Source: Octopus vulgaris (Eukaryota). From it: a stretch of 64,000 nt of DNA. A program made the translations under genes and the position numbers. Shown piece after piece: positions 29,495 to 43,297 of the stretch. The stretch covers positions 112,902,001-112,966,000 of the forward strand of contig OX597822.1 of assembly GCA_951406725.2 (NCBI GenBank), in the 5' to 3' direction. The first letter of the stretch is position 1, and the number at the start of each line of letters is the position of its first letter. The notes below the pieces were generated by a model. It ran no database searches. It was not told the DNA's origin and was given only the letters and a program-made list of their open reading frames with translations.

Positions 29495-29729
29495 TATTTC
29501 TTTATTGCCCACAAGGGCGCTAAACATAGAGGGGACAAACAAGGACAGACAAAGGGATTAAGTCGATTACATCGACCCCAGTGCGTAACTGGTACTTAAT
29601 TTATCGACCCCGAAAGAATGAAAGGCAAAGTCGACCTTGGCAGAATTTGAACTCAGAACGTAGCGTCAGACGAAATACCGCTAAGCATTTCGTCTGGCGT
29701 GCTAACGTTTCTGGCCGCTCGCCGCCTTA
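29495..29729 (-). mobile_element. SINE family C
   Basis: Matches 24843-25076. Confidence 0.9.
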
Positions 29730-29946
29730 AAGCTCTTGAATAACTATCTCAAGGTTCACACTTGATTCCATATTGGCTTAGGTTTAATACAGAGACAATA
29801 TTTTTTCAGATGTCTTACTGTCACCCTGCACTCGTATAAAATATCTTTGTCTTACCACATACATACATACATACATACATACATACATACATACATACAT
29901 ACATACATACATACACACATACATACATACATACATACATACATTC

Positions 29947-30161
29947 AAAATGTGACCATGTGTGTATCGTTGGCGATTTTTTTCCTCCGTCTTCCCTTCC
30001 TTGGATCTTTTCTTTTCCTATGTTTCTGACGAAGAGCTCCACCCGAAACGTTAAACCCTCCTTCTTTCTTTCCTTTCTTGAGCGTCCAATAACACTATAC
30101 TTGTTCCACGTCCTCGCGTTGTTGTATTTTCTCTTTGTGCTTTCATGTTTGGATTAACTTT
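29947..30161 (+). mobile_element. Short non-coding hammerhead-bearing element (retrozyme/pLTR-like)
   Basis: Flanked by microsatellite; 3' part repeated at 63345-63424; contains the hammerhead at 30022-30056. Confidence 0.65.
30022..30056 (+). ncRNA. Minimal type I hammerhead motif (stem II damaged)
   Basis: GTTT-CTGACGA-agagctccaccc-GAAA-CG-TT-AAAC. Confidence 0.65.
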
Positions 30162-30605
30162 ACATACATGCATACATACATACGCACGTATGGACGTACG
30201 AACGTACGTACTTACATACATACATGTTTAAGCATATGTGCACGGTTAAAATTTTCTTTGCACCCACAAGGCTCTCGATCGATCCTATCTCAGGTTAGTC
30301 CGATTGACAAAACAACACTTATCGACCCACTATGTCAGGTAAAACAGACAATTCATATCGATTTCTCATGTGCATTAAACGCATTACTTAGGCATATTAA
30401 CAATAAAGCATACGTTACGCTACTACACAAAGAACTTTTCTTTGTTCGCAAAAGAGATCTTGCTTTAATAATAAAAGGTGTTTTTAATTTTTAATACTTT
30501 AATAAAATCTTTGCATTAAAGATTTTATTTTCTACAATTTTCGTTTTATCCTAATTTTCAATTCATTCAGTCTTATCGATCTTGATGCATGAAATAACAT
30601 TTAAT

Positions 30606-31252
30606 AAGGCGACGAGATGGCAGAAACGTTAGCACGCCGGGCGAAATGCTCAGCGGTGTCTCGTCTGTCAAATTCCGCCGAGTATTTAACAGTGAAAGTC
30701 GCGGTCGGTTCACATAATTCAAAACAATATGGTGTAGTCAGAGCAATCGATTCAACTGAGTACAAGAAACTAAATGGCCGTTAGGTATCCCATTACGGGT
30801 ATTGCCAAACTGTCAATATTACAGTCTACATAAGTCAACGAGCTGGTAGAATCGTTAGCACGCCGTGCAAAATGCTTAATAGTATTTCGTCCGTCTTTAC
30901 GTTCTGAGTTCAAATTCCGCCGAGGTCGGTTTTGCCTTTCATCCTTTCGGGGTCGATTAAATAAGTACTAGTTACGCACTGGGGTCGATGTAATCGACTT
31001 AATCCGTTTGTTTGTCCTTGTTTGTCCTCTCTGTGTTTAGCCCCTTGTGGGTAGTAAAGAAATAGGTATTTCGTCTGCCGCTACGTTCTGAGTTTAAATT
31101 CCGCCGAGGTCCACTTTGCCTTTCATCCTTTCGAGGTCAATAAATTAAGTACCAGTTACGCACTGAGGTCGATGTAATTGACTTAATCCCTTTGTCTGTC
31201 CTTGTTTGTCCCCTCTGTGTTTAGTCCTTTGTGGGCAATAAAGAAATAAGAA
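30606..31252 (+). mobile_element. SINE family C cluster including a head-to-tail dimer
   Basis: Head fragment at 30606, full unit about 30838-31063, headless second unit to 31252. Confidence 0.85.
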
Positions 31253-31741
31253 ATAACTCTTAATGTACAAATATACATGCAGATATAATATTTTGAATCT
31301 GACTTTACTGGATCTCAGTGAAATAGAGAAGAAAGCAAAGTCACTCCGATCAAAAGTAAGATCTACCTTTTAAACATAATTGTATATATTTTACTTTCCC
31401 TACTTTTGGGAAAAGTATGACAGCTTCTAATGATGAATGATAAAGCAATTGGCTGAAAACTACCAAAATAGTTTGACTAAATGTCTAGTTATCAGTTCAT
31501 TGTATATTAGTGGATTAAAGTAGGATTGAATAAAGTTTAGATGTTCGCAAGTCTAAAAGCAATACATTCCTAGATTTGGTGGTAAGTATAAACATAAGAA
31601 ACTGTAACACGTTTCGGAATCTGGCATTTGTTTATATTCACTTTCATATGTTCTCAATAAATACTTTACATATATTCTATTGCGTTAATTTTATTATTAA
31701 AAGATTCATGTTTAGGGAGTACGTTTACGTATATATATGTG

Positions 31742-31818
<77 letters not shown>

Positions 31819-31839
31819 GTGTGTGTGTGTGTATTTATG

Positions 31840-31904
<65 letters not shown>

Positions 31905-31990
31905 AGAGTTTACGAAAAGAACAAACGTCGAAGACAGGTGGTGTAGAAAACAAACAGATGTATTAGTATAACGCTCAGGAATAGAAAAGT

Positions 31991-32026
31991 CTTTTACGTT
32001 TCGAGCCTACGCTCTTCTACAGAAAG
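31991..32026 (-). ncRNA. Minimal hammerhead variant within a short (TA)n-anchored element (about 31902-32060)
   Basis: CTTT-CTGTAGA-A-GAGC-gtag-GCTC-GAAA-CG-TA-AAAG; second copy at 49925-49960. Confidence 0.6.
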
Positions 32027-32072
32027 GGACACAGAAAAAAACAAGGAGAGAAAAAAAGAGAGAAAAAAAAAG

Positions 32073-32627
32073 AAATAAGAAAATGGAGAAACAATTTAGT
32101 TGGTTTATCAGCTTTCGGATATTAGAATGTTGACTTATTCATTTAAGAAAAACGAGAAACTTAATAACATACATATATACATTATAATTCAATACATATA
32201 AGATAAGAATACATTAAAATCATTAAAATCACTCTTACAGATATTTCTGTAGGCTTAAACAGCTGTAAGAGTGATTTTAATGATTTCAATTATTTATATA
32301 AAGATTTTTTATAATTGTATTCTTATCTTATATATATTGAACTATAATGTATGTTATTAAGGTTCTTGTTTTTGTTAAATGAATAAGTCAACATTCTAAC
32401 ATCCTAAAGCTGATGAACCAACTAAATTGTTTCTCCATTTTCTTATTTGTATTATAAATTAATGGTAAAATATTTCTTTACCTTCACCCATTTAATACAA
32501 TAAGTAAGTTAGTTGTATTGCAATTAAAAACACTTGTGTATTAATGATTTGAGTATTATACCAACAGTATATTGGATAAATATTATCCCTTAGTGGGTTG
32601 GATCCACAACCTCTAACTTACTTGGTG
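32073..32627. mobile_element. Fold-back element 3 (arms 32073-32240 and 32263-32448, tail to 32627)
   Basis: Inverted arms; tail homologous to 62209-62381; hammerhead 3'-half remnant at the apex. Confidence 0.85.
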
Positions 32628-32651
32628 TATGTATATATATATATATATATA

Positions 32652-33910
32652 ATATTAAATTAGAGATAAAACCACTATTAGGCAAATCAAACAGTGAAAA
32701 TCATAGAAATAAAATTAATAAAAAAAAATATAGAATATAAAAAATATAAAATTCCAAATTAAAATATCTAAATTAAAGTAAAAATTAAAAAATTATTTAA
32801 ATAATTTAAACTTATAAATTTTAAATATATATATATATATATATTTATTATTATTATTTTATTTTATTTTATTTATTTATTTTTTAATTATATAACTATC
32901 AAAAAGTATTAAAAGTTCAATATAAGATAAAGAGTAAAAACACTACGATCGTTTCATGCCCGTAACAAATTAGAATAACAATAATTTAAATTCAATTAAT
33001 AATTCAAATTATTATTACAGTCAATCTTCAGGTTAATTGTAATATTTTAATAAATAATCAGAAATATTTAAACAATATTTTTAAGAAATAAATAATATAA
33101 TAATTTTACTTATAAAAAACTCTATTATCAAACTAGAAACTTAACGATTATGATTGTATCATAACATCGATTAAGTATAAATTTTGATTTTTAAGTATTA
33201 ATTTTTAAGGTAAGAAACCCACCAATAATCTAATAGTCAATATCTAATAACATAAATATTTTACAAAAGAAACAAAAACTAATATATTATTAAAAATATA
33301 AAATTTAAATAATATATAAATTATCAATGAAAATATATAAATGTATATAAATATTATAATTAAGATCTAAAATAACCTCTATAAATAAATATAAATGCAC
33401 ATATAATAAAGACCTAATAAATTAAGTTTTCATATTTAAAGATGAAATAGCTAATTTCAAAAATACAAAGAAACAATCTGAAACGAACGCTATAGCAAAT
33501 TAACTATCTTTATATCTCGTTGGCTAAATAAAAACTTTCAGAAATCTTATATTTAAAATACTTAAAGAAATAATCAATTCGTAGTTATATAGTATCAAAT
33601 AAATACTATAAATATATTTATCAATGGGAATAATAAAACTAGTAAATATCAATTTAAAAAGACAATATATAAGTTAAAATAATAATTATAAGAAATTTAA
33701 AACTACAATTAATGCTATTAATACATGTATATACATAAACCTAACTTTAAACAACTCGTATACTTGCTATCAAACAACATATCTATCGCTAAGTAAATTC
33801 TTACGAATAAACTTAAAGTTAATATCTAATAATTATATAGAAAATTACGATAATTAGATCATTACATAAACAACTATATTTACATAAAAAACAATATTAT
33901 TACACCATAA
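32652..33910 (-). mobile_element. AT-rich degenerate Penelope-like element
   Basis: Shared terminus next to (TA)n; hammerhead at 32941-33034; right boundary approximate. Confidence 0.55.
32941..33034 (-). ncRNA. Type I hammerhead with extended AU-rich stem II
   Basis: CTGAAGA...TGACTGTAAT/GTTACGGGCA stem...GAAA-CGATCG-TA-GTG. Confidence 0.65.
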
Positions 33911-34015
33911 GACTTATAAAATATTAAAATTTAAAGATCTTAAATATAAATATATACTTAGCTTATATATATGTATATATATATATATATATACACGCAC
34001 ACACACACACACACA

Positions 34016-34073
<58 letters not shown>

Positions 34074-34518
34074 AGTATAAACGTTAACAAACAAGAATTA
34101 ATGAGGGCAGGCGCTAGCTTGTAGAAGCAGAGATATGTTTGACCTGCGAGAAATAGCAGCAAAACTCTATAACATCTTAAATAAGGGACGACTATATTGG
34201 AGGATGCAATCCTACATAATCTTAAAAACAAATAAAGTCACAGCTGATATGATTTTCAAATCGTGACTACTTGATCAAGAGCCTGGGTGTAAACAAGCAG
34301 AACAACACAAGCCATCTGATTGTAGACAAACAAAAAATGTAACAGATTTTATTTGTATGTGTGTATGTCATCAAACATGGTTGGCGTAATTATTTAAGAG
34401 AATCTGCAAACGATAAAGCACATCCGTCGCAGACCTGATCTGGAACTTCAGCGAAAGAAAGGCACATTACGGCATGCCATGGTCAGTAGTGTGGAATGCG
34501 TATCCATACAATTATAGT

Positions 34519-34670
34519 GGAGGTGATGAAAAATCCCTGGCTTCAGGTAAAAGAAAATACGGGAGGATCAGTAATTTGTGATTTTACTCAACACATTTCC
34601 CTCTCAGATACACATACTTATTGCAGCGGCACTTCAGTTTTTCTAAAACCTGTAAAAGAGCTCGGAAGGA
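34519..34670. mobile_element. Mariner-derived MITE fragment; second fragment at 35676-35812
   Basis: Shared TTATTGCAGCGG..CTTCAGTTTTTCTAA core; mariner-like TIR ends. Confidence 0.65.
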
Positions 34671-34724
34671 AGAGGGGTGCGTGTGTGTGTGTGTGTGTGC
34701 GTGTGTGTGTGTGTGTATACCAGC

Positions 34725-34870
34725 ACCCACGTGTATATTCAAAGTCATGTAATCTCTGCTTAGAAGAGACACTATGCATTGTCTTGCGCAATGGTAAAAT
34801 CATTAACAGGCACTCAGAAATTATTCAAAAATGTAACTATAGAACCAAAATGTTGGCTTGGAATTTGGTA
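34725..34870 (+). mobile_element. Penelope-like GIY-YIG C-terminal remnant
   Basis: SCNLCLEE...IINRHSEIIQKC parallels CDLCISE...LLNKISE...C in the 56868-57368 ORF. Confidence 0.65.
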
Positions 34871-35141
34871 AAACCTTTTGATAATCAACATTATATTATT
34901 TATTTGTTATTTTCTGTTTAATTAGATTTATGCATATCTCTGTGGTGCAATATGATGGTAACTTGTATGTACATACCGGTGCATACAAGTACGTGGCCAC
35001 CCAGTGGCTACAAGTATGTTGTTGATGCATTTGTTATTATTTATTGATATGTATACACATTTATGATGCGCATTTACATGAGCAAATATATAGGGCATAT
35101 ATTTTTATGTCAATAAAAGTATATGCTCTATTCGTTATGCA

Positions 35142-35352
35142 AAGGCGGCGAGCTGGCAGCAACGTTAGCATGCCGGGCGAAATACCTTTATTTCGTCTGT
35201 CCTTACGTTCTGAGTTCAAATTCCGCCGAGGTCGACTTTGCGTTTCATCCTTTCGGGGTCGATAAATTAAGTACCAGTTGCGTACTGGGGTCGATCTAAG
35301 CGTCTGATCCCCTCCCCCAAAATTTCTGGCCTTGTGCCTAGAGTAGAAAAGA
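35142..35352 (+). mobile_element. SINE family C (alternative tail)
   Basis: Head and core match family C. Confidence 0.85.
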
Positions 35353-36325
35353 TATATTTTTATGTCAATATTATATTGCGTGAATAGATAAGTCCTTATC
35401 TATAAAAACTGTGTATGTCTATACAAACAAGTCTTATCAGTTAACCCTATAATATATTTAAATTTTACTTATGGATTCATAATTCTAAATGAATTAATAG
35501 AGATTATTAATATGTGAGTGTGTAGGATCCATTCAAAGGTCGGTATAAAAGTGTACATATTAATGAGAATAAAAGGTGTGCGTGTATAAATGGGTAAAGG
35601 TACGTACATATAAAGTAGTGGGAGGGCTTTGGGTAAAAGAAAATACAGGATGATCAATTAATTATGATAAAACCTAATTCCCTCTTAGATTCACACAATT
35701 ATTGCAGCGGTCCTTCAGTTTTTCTAAGGCCTGTAAAAGAACTCGGAAGGTTGGGCGTCCAACCAGGCCTTTCGCGACCTCATTGAGGCCAGGAATTTTC
35801 CTGCACCCCTTCATACATACATGCATACATACATGCATACATACATGAATGCATGCATACATACATGCATGCATGCATACATACATACATACATACACAC
35901 ATACATGCATACATACATGGATGCATACATACATGCATGCATACATACATACATACATACATACATGCATACATACATGCATACATACATACATACATAC
36001 ATGCATACATGCATACATACATATATACATACATACATACATACATACATGCATGCATACATACATACATACATGCATACATACATACATACATACATAC
36101 ATACATACATACATACATACATACATGCATGCATGCATACATACATACATACAATCATACATAAAACATACAAATCTGCACATAGATACATGCATACAAA
36201 GAAACAAAAATACCCTTTTGTTTATGTTGAAATTCCAATGAATAAACCTTGGATCTAGGTTAGAAACCAGTTCTTCCTCCATTGGCGAGGAATCTTGGAA
36301 TAAACTGAATAATGACATACATACA

Positions 36326-36360
36326 GGTTAGTCATTGTAAGCTGAGACGATAAGACGTGT
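36326..36360 (+). promoter_or_regulatory. Putative internal Pol II promoter with DPE-like AGACG
   Basis: AGACG at 36353-36357 is +28..+32 from the element's first base; Inr-like TTAGTC nearby. Confidence 0.45.
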
Positions 36361-36805
36361 TTTTACTCCTCTCTGCGCCGGTCAGCAGCAAGCTTCACAG
36401 CTACATTCGTCGTAATTGACCATCACATATATTCCTGTATATTTGAAACCACGCTTTTTCCCAACTCGTGAGTAGACTTTTCCTTAACCACAAACTATTT
36501 TCATAATTTTCAAACGACCAAATATTTTCAAACACCTTCTGATAACTAAAGGATCACCCACACATTAAAAATTAGAAAAAGAGGGGAAAAAAAAAAGAAA
36601 AGAAAAGAAAGATAAAATAACTACAAGCTCATAATTCAAATACAAACTTCTCAGTATTACAACAAACATTCTGTACAATCAATTCTACATACTTCTCCTT
36701 AAAAAAAAAAAAAATAAAAAAAAAAGATTAAAAAAATAATAATAATTAAAAGTAATCAACAAAACGAACGAACAAAATAAAATTTAATAAAACATATCAA
36801 CCAGA

Positions 36806-37988
36806 ATGGCTAGCCACCAAAAATCCAACAAAAACTGGTCTGATAATGAAGTCGACGTTCTTATCAACACATGGCATGGCCTTACCGAAACAGAGAGCAT
36901 AGGTGCTTCGTGTCTGAACGAAATTACCAAACGAACAGTTCACCATTTGCAAACTCGATCTGAACAGCAGATCCAAAATAAATTAAAACAAATCGAAGTT
37001 GCTTTTAAATTAATAAATAAACACTTCGATAAACTGAGATGTGTTTTCTCTTCGAACGCATCACCGGCGCAACAACAACAACAACAACCTCAACAACAAC
37101 AAACTCAGCGGCAACAACAACAACAACAGCTACAGCAACAACAACAACTTCAGCAGCAACAACCTCAGAGGCAACAACAACAACAACAGGATGAACCACT
37201 CCTTGATTCATCTACAATGGCCGATTTGCTAAATGAAACGATTGACCCCCCAGTCATCAGGGTCACACAGCAGGAAGCACCACCCCTTCCTTTCACTGCC
37301 CCAGCAGCTCAATCATCATCATTGTCAACACCATCTCCTCTATCGACAAACATCTTTGTCTTGGAATCGACCTCCTCAATCATTACCACTGTCAACATCT
37401 CTTCTACCTACTACTACTACTACTACAGCTACTACTACTAATGCTATCTCAAGGAATTTACCTCCTACAGGTCACAAAGGTCGCCAAAACTTCAACAAAC
37501 TATCATCTACACCTTTCACAGCTCACACACACACACGCACCTACACACCCACTCGAAACCCCATCATTTGCCGATATTCTCTTCGCCATAGACTGTGCAC
37601 TGATAGAGACTGCAAATTCACCCATTTACCTGGAACAAAACGCTCTATCCCCACAAACTACAACAGCAACCACCATAATACAACATCACCACAACCACCA
37701 ATATCTCAAACAAGGAATCCCCAAATCTGCCGCTATTCCCAGCGAGACAGATTGTGCTTGCACAGGGATTGCCCCTTTACCCATCTCCCGGGGACTCGTC
37801 GGACATTTAAAGATAACCACTCACATAAAAATAGCCGCGGCCACAGTCACCTGCGGTTCCCTAGACAGGAAACCACCTCTTCTTCCTCTTTTTTAGCTAT
37901 AATGAATCTAGCAAAAGAACTGGAAAAAAACATCCGAGCTATCACCCACCGCCATCCACCACTATTACCCCACTACACATGCCATTAA
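36806..37988 (+). CDS. LINE ORF1 (one frameshift near 37405): Myb/SANT-like domain, polyQ, two CCCH zinc fingers
   Basis: NWSDNEVDVLINTW...RSEQQIQNKLKQI; two C-x8-C-x4-C-x3-H repeats; 393 aa if one base is removed. Confidence 0.8.
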
Positions 37989-40900
37989 AAAGCAATCAAA
38001 TAAACAAATCACCAAAACAATTAAAACCATCCACTCTCGCCTCAACATTTCTGCTTAATGCCCAAGGCATCAGCCCTTCCACCAATACACAAAAATGGAA
38101 GATAAGATTCCTGGAGGACTGGGTCGAGGCCCATCCAAACCACATCCCTTTCTTCGTCCTCACTGAAACCCATCTTAGTGACCTCCACTTGGAAGCCGAG
38201 GTGAAAGTTAAAAATTTCAAAACCATTCGTGCTGATCGTGTTGGCAGAAGAAAGGGTGGGACTGCCATTTATGTCCATCATTCATTCTCAACAGAAGCCA
38301 TGAACATATTTTCGAATGGATACTGCGAAGCAGTCGCTGTATTCAGTCAAACCAACAACTTAACAGTAGTTGGGCTCTACAGACCACCCCAAACGCCCCT
38401 ACCATGCTTCAAGGAATGCCTCAACAGCATAAAGTGTTTCATTCAGCAGTGTCAACCTGACAACATTTTAATGATGGGAGATTTCAACCTTCCCGGGGTT
38501 GACTGGTCTACAAACAGTCTGCCGCCAGGTTCTTCTCTCTCAACCCCTGACAGGGAGGCAGTGGAATCGCTTCTTGACTTCATGGATGACTTCTTCTTGT
38601 CCCAACTGGTACTCGAACCAACGAGATGTCACAAAAACGTCTTAGACTTAATTTTCAGCAATCACACTGATACTATCCACAATATTGCAGTGGAGAAAAC
38701 TCTACTCTCCGACCATGACATGGTTCTCTGTGATCTGAGATTTCACCGGCCAAAATGCAAAACAAATGTCATCCCTCCTGCTCATCCATTTGACACTATG
38801 GATTTCCACAATGCAAACTGGGAAGCGATCAATAATGATCTTGCACAAGTCGATTGGTCCTTCACGCACACATACACACCCACTAACATCAAAAAGTCCT
38901 GGCAGTCACTTGTAGACACCATCACGAACATATGTGCAAGACACACCCCATTAAGATCTGCAAACAAATCTAAGTGTCGAATCCCTAGAAATAGAAAATC
39001 TCTCATAAGGAAAATTAAAAGAATCAACAAAAAGATCAACATGCTGAAATACTGTCAACAGCAACACACCAACCTGACTGCCATCTCGTCGCTAGAGATT
39101 AAAAAACATAAACTCCAAAACAACATGATGTCTATCATCAATAGTCAGCGAAGAGCTGAGGAGGCCTGGGCCATTGAGAAGATCAAACTCAATCCCAAAG
39201 TGTTCTTTTCATTTGCAAAAAAACACAGAGTCACTGGTTCTACTGTTGGCCCTCTGATTGATGAAAATGGTACTCTTCAAGACAATGCCAAAACCATGGG
39301 AGAAATATTGCAGAAACAATATTGCTCTGTTTTCAGCAATCCTGATATGACTGATCTGGGCTGTATCAGTGATGTTACTCCCCAATACACTTTATCGGAC
39401 ATAACATTTGGCGCTCCTGATGTCTTAGCAGCAATAAAGGAAATGAAGCATAATTCAGCAGTAGGTCCCGATAGGTTCCCTGCTTGTGTCTTGAAGATGT
39501 GTCAAAACCAACTTGCACCCCCTCTAGCCAATCTGTGGCGGAACTCATTGGATGCTGGATATATACCAGAGGACCTTCTATCCCAGTCTGTTGTCCCAGT
39601 TTTCAAAAAAGGACAACAAATCGCTTGCCGTGAATTACCGTCCAATCTCACTCACCTCTCATATCATCAAGGTATTTGAGAGGGTGCTGAAATCGCGTAT
39701 GACTCACTTCCTTGAGAGTCATAATATGCTGAACCCCAACCAGCATGGATTCCGTAATGGGAGAGATTGCCTGACGCAGCTACTGCATCATTTTGATGAC
39801 ATTTTGAGAGCCTTGGGAGAGGGTTCCAACACTGATGTCATCTACCTTGATTTCAGCAAGGCCTTTGACAGGGTTGATCATAAGATCCTTCTGAGAAAGC
39901 TGTCCAATATTGGTGTCACTGGAAAGCTGCTGCAATGGATCAAGTGCTTCCTCTCTAACAGAACCCAACATGTTGTAGTCGAAGGAGTCAAATCCAGCCC
40001 AGCCAAAGTCAGCAGTGGTGTCCCACAAGGCACTGTGTTGGGCCCACTTCTCTTCATCATCTACATAAATGATATTACTGACACCATCAAACACAGTAAC
40101 ATCAGAACCTTCGCTGATGATTCCAAGCTCCAGAAGGTCATCAATGGCGTGGATGACCGAATAAACCTTCAGTCAGACCTACTGGGTGTTGTCCAATGGG
40201 CGGAAAAGAATAACATGTTGCTAAATGAAGACAAATTCGAACTGATCCACTTTGGAAGGGAGGACGCTCTGAAACTCCCATACTCTCTTCCTTCTGGAGA
40301 AATTCTCATGGCATCCAACAACATCAGAGACCTGGGAGTAACAGTGGACAACAACATAAGCTGGGCTACACATATAAGCAGCAAAGTTGACATGGCCCGC
40401 AGAATGTGTTCCTGGATTCTCAGAACCTTCCAGTCGAGAGATTCCCACGCTATTATCCTTCTCTTCTCCACTTTTGCCCGACCCCACCTTGAATACTGCT
40501 GTCCACTGTGGTCTCCCTACACAAAACAAAATATTATGAGAATTGAAGCTCCCCAAAGGTCAATCACAAAAAAGATAGATGGCATGTCAGACCTTGACTA
40601 CTGGGGTAGACTAGAGAAGCTGAAATTGTATTCACTCCAACGACGCCGTGAACGCTACATTATCTGTATGATGTGGAAAATATTCCATCAGCACTGTCCG
40701 AATGATGTTGGCATCACCTTCAAAATGCATCCAAGGCTTAGACCACGTGCCATCCGTCCACAACAAAAATCTAAATCGCATCACATAACGACAATACGGC
40801 ACAACTATTTCACCTCAATTGGACCCGCTCTCTTCAACATTACACCAGGACACGTCAAAAAAGAAACTGACCACACAAAATTCAAGAAGTCTTTGGACAA

Positions 40901-40997
40901 ATTCCTTCAAACAGTACCGGACAAACCACCCACACCCGGATATGTCTCCGCAAACAATAACTCTCTGCTCGAATGGGCCTTGGTGCCCAAATCCTGA
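37979..40997 (+). CDS. LINE ORF2 (one frameshift near 39605-39614): APE endonuclease and reverse transcriptase
   Basis: TETHL, YRPP, GDFNLP, LDLIF, SDH; NYRPISLT, QHGFR, LDFSKAFD, GVPQGTVLGP, FADD, RDLGV; 1005 aa if repaired. Confidence 0.95.
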
Positions 40998-42141
40998 ACT
41001 GAAAGACTTCGCCAGGTGGTGCTATTAAGTTAGACATGGCCTGGGCCAATACTGGCCAAAAACCTTTCTAAGTTATTCTAAGTTACATACATACATACCA
41101 ACCTTGAGAAATTAGGCTTGTCAGAACGAGAAAGGAGAAAGCTAATTCGAAGTCAACAGATGCACTCCATCACTGGATCTGTAAAACTTTTCAGAAGTTT
41201 ATCATTTATGTATATATGAGCATGTCTAGATATGCAACTAAATGCATGAGAATACATACATACCTACATACAAATCTGCACAAACATGCATATATACATG
41301 CATACATACATGCATACATACATACATACATACATACATACATACATACATACATACATACATACATACATACAAGTGTAATGTTGCCTAAAATATCTTT
41401 TCCCATTTAACCCATGTGTGCTGTATATTTTAAGAGAATGAAATGAAAGGTTGTGATGTTGCAGTGCTTTCCTTCAGAAACAGAATAACAAAAATGAATG
41501 ATTTCCAACAAGGCGTGACATGTTGCAGTTTTAGAGTGCTGGGTGTAGCTTAGCTAATTCTCCCCTGCGCTTGATTGCTTGGAGCAATTTTTTGAAGCAT
41601 AAATTTCTGGAAAGAAATTGATTTGTCGAAGAATTATGCATGTTTTAATCCTCGGGATTTCATTTCGGTTTGAATATATAAATATGATCGAAAATTCTGA
41701 AATTCTTTAATCTGCATTTTAAAACTGTTTTCCTTCAAGTAATTTACTGTAATTGTACAAGGAAATTGACACTTAAAAGAATGTTTTATAGTATCAGTTA
41801 CATATTGAGTTTTAAATTTGTTGTGGTTGGGCTTTTGGACAGGAAAAATAGTTCTGCTTGTCTCACTTACTATCATAAGTAGGTACCAAAGCTGATAACG
41901 GTATTTGCTGTACTCGTGGTTATCTGAAGAAGGCAACGAGAATATATTCCTGTTTCAGCCAGGTAATAGAGTCTCGATGGTTTATAATATGGTCTTTGTA
42001 AGAGAACTTCCACATTTGTCGGAGGCGTGGCTGTGTGGTGAGAAGCTTTCTCCCCAACAAAACGGTGCTGGATTCGGATTCAGTCTCAGCAAAACCCGAG
42101 ACGATTTGGATTGACAGAAACTGAAAGAAGCCTGTCGTATA

Positions 42142-42220
<79 letters not shown>

Positions 42221-42223
<3 letters not shown>

Positions 42224-42525
42224 AGCAGTCCGTCGGTTACGACGACGAGGGTACCAGCTGATATGGTCAACGAAACAGCCTGCTCGTGAAATTAACATGC
42301 AAGTGGTTGAGCATTCCACAGGCACGTGTACCCTTAAAGCAGTTCTCGGGGAGATTCAGTGTGACAAAGCTGGCCCTTTGAAATACAGGTACTACTCATT
42401 TTTGCCAGCTTAGCGAACTGGAGCAACGTGGAAATAAAGTGTCTTGCTTAAGGACACAATGCTTCACCGGGAATTGAACTTACGACCTTACGGATATCTC
42501 AACCACTAAGACAGCCACGTGCCTT
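42221..42525 (-). mobile_element. SINE, CORE-like body with tail type 1
   Basis: Body as 10221-10462, tail as 4280-4460. Confidence 0.85.
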
Positions 42526-42786
42526 CACACACACACACACATAATGTGAGTGTGGGGGTGGTGGTCATATCATGATCGCATCTCATGGCTGAAACAAGTA
42601 AACGATAAAAGATTATATCTTTTATGGTTTGATTTTCCCCCCCCTGTAATTTACTGGAATTTTGCAGTTGAAATAAATTGAGTTCAAAATTAAAATTAAA
42701 ATGAATCCTGTAAAGACAACCATATTTCCGAGATTATTTCATAAAAAATTGTAAATTTGTTGAATAAATACCAACATATTACTGCT

Positions 42787-43098
42787 GTGGAGGCGCAATG
42801 GCCCAGTGGTTAGGGCAGCGAACTCGCGGTTGTAGGATCGCGGTTTCGATACTCAGACCGGCCGTTGTGAGTGTTTATTGAGCGAAAACACCTAAAGCTC
42901 CACGAGGCTCCGGCAGCGGGTGGTGGCGATCCCTGCTGTACTCTTTCGCCATAACTTTCTCTCACTCTTTCTTCTGTTGGCCTGCTCGCTTAGCCATCGA
43001 GGTGGCGTCATTTGAAGGCTATAACAATGCGAAGCGCATTGTGACCAGCGATGTGTAGTAACATCTGATAGCCTGGTTGGTCACGGTGATCACGGTGA
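42787..43098 (+). mobile_element. SINE family A with tail type 4
   Basis: Ends in (TCACGGTGA)2; second copy at 62475-62770. Confidence 0.9.
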
Positions 43099-43239
43099 TA
43101 TATATATATATATATATATATAAGTAGGTGAATGAATTATCCTGTTTATCGTCAGCATGGAATGAAAATATGCTGTCTTCGAAACATGTGTCGAGAGTAA
43201 AGGAATTTTGTTAACATCTTCGTTCGACTCCATTCTTTC

Positions 43240-43297
<58 letters not shown>

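Larger units (their letters stand above)
36326..41084 (+). mobile_element. Full-length CR1-clade LINE (4759 bp)
   Basis: 5'UTR, ORF1, ORF2 (APE and RT), 3' hairpin, (TTCTAAGTTA)2 tail; ACATACATACA at 36315-36325 and 41085-41095 (TSD within microsatellite). Confidence 0.92.

Noticed and set aside
36468-36804. Possible intron in the LINE 5'UTR (gtgagt ... ccag just before ATG)
   Set aside because: A-rich with no polypyrimidine tract; unsupported without RNA data.
37390-39615. Programmed frameshifting in ORF1 or ORF2
   Set aside because: Both shifts need removal of one base, one falls within a conserved RT motif, and no canonical slippery heptamer was seen; mutation or assembly indel is simpler.
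42787-42862. tRNA-like sequence (also near 4590, 10390, 21352, 22103)
   Set aside because: SINE heads: run into SINE bodies with imperfect cloverleaves.
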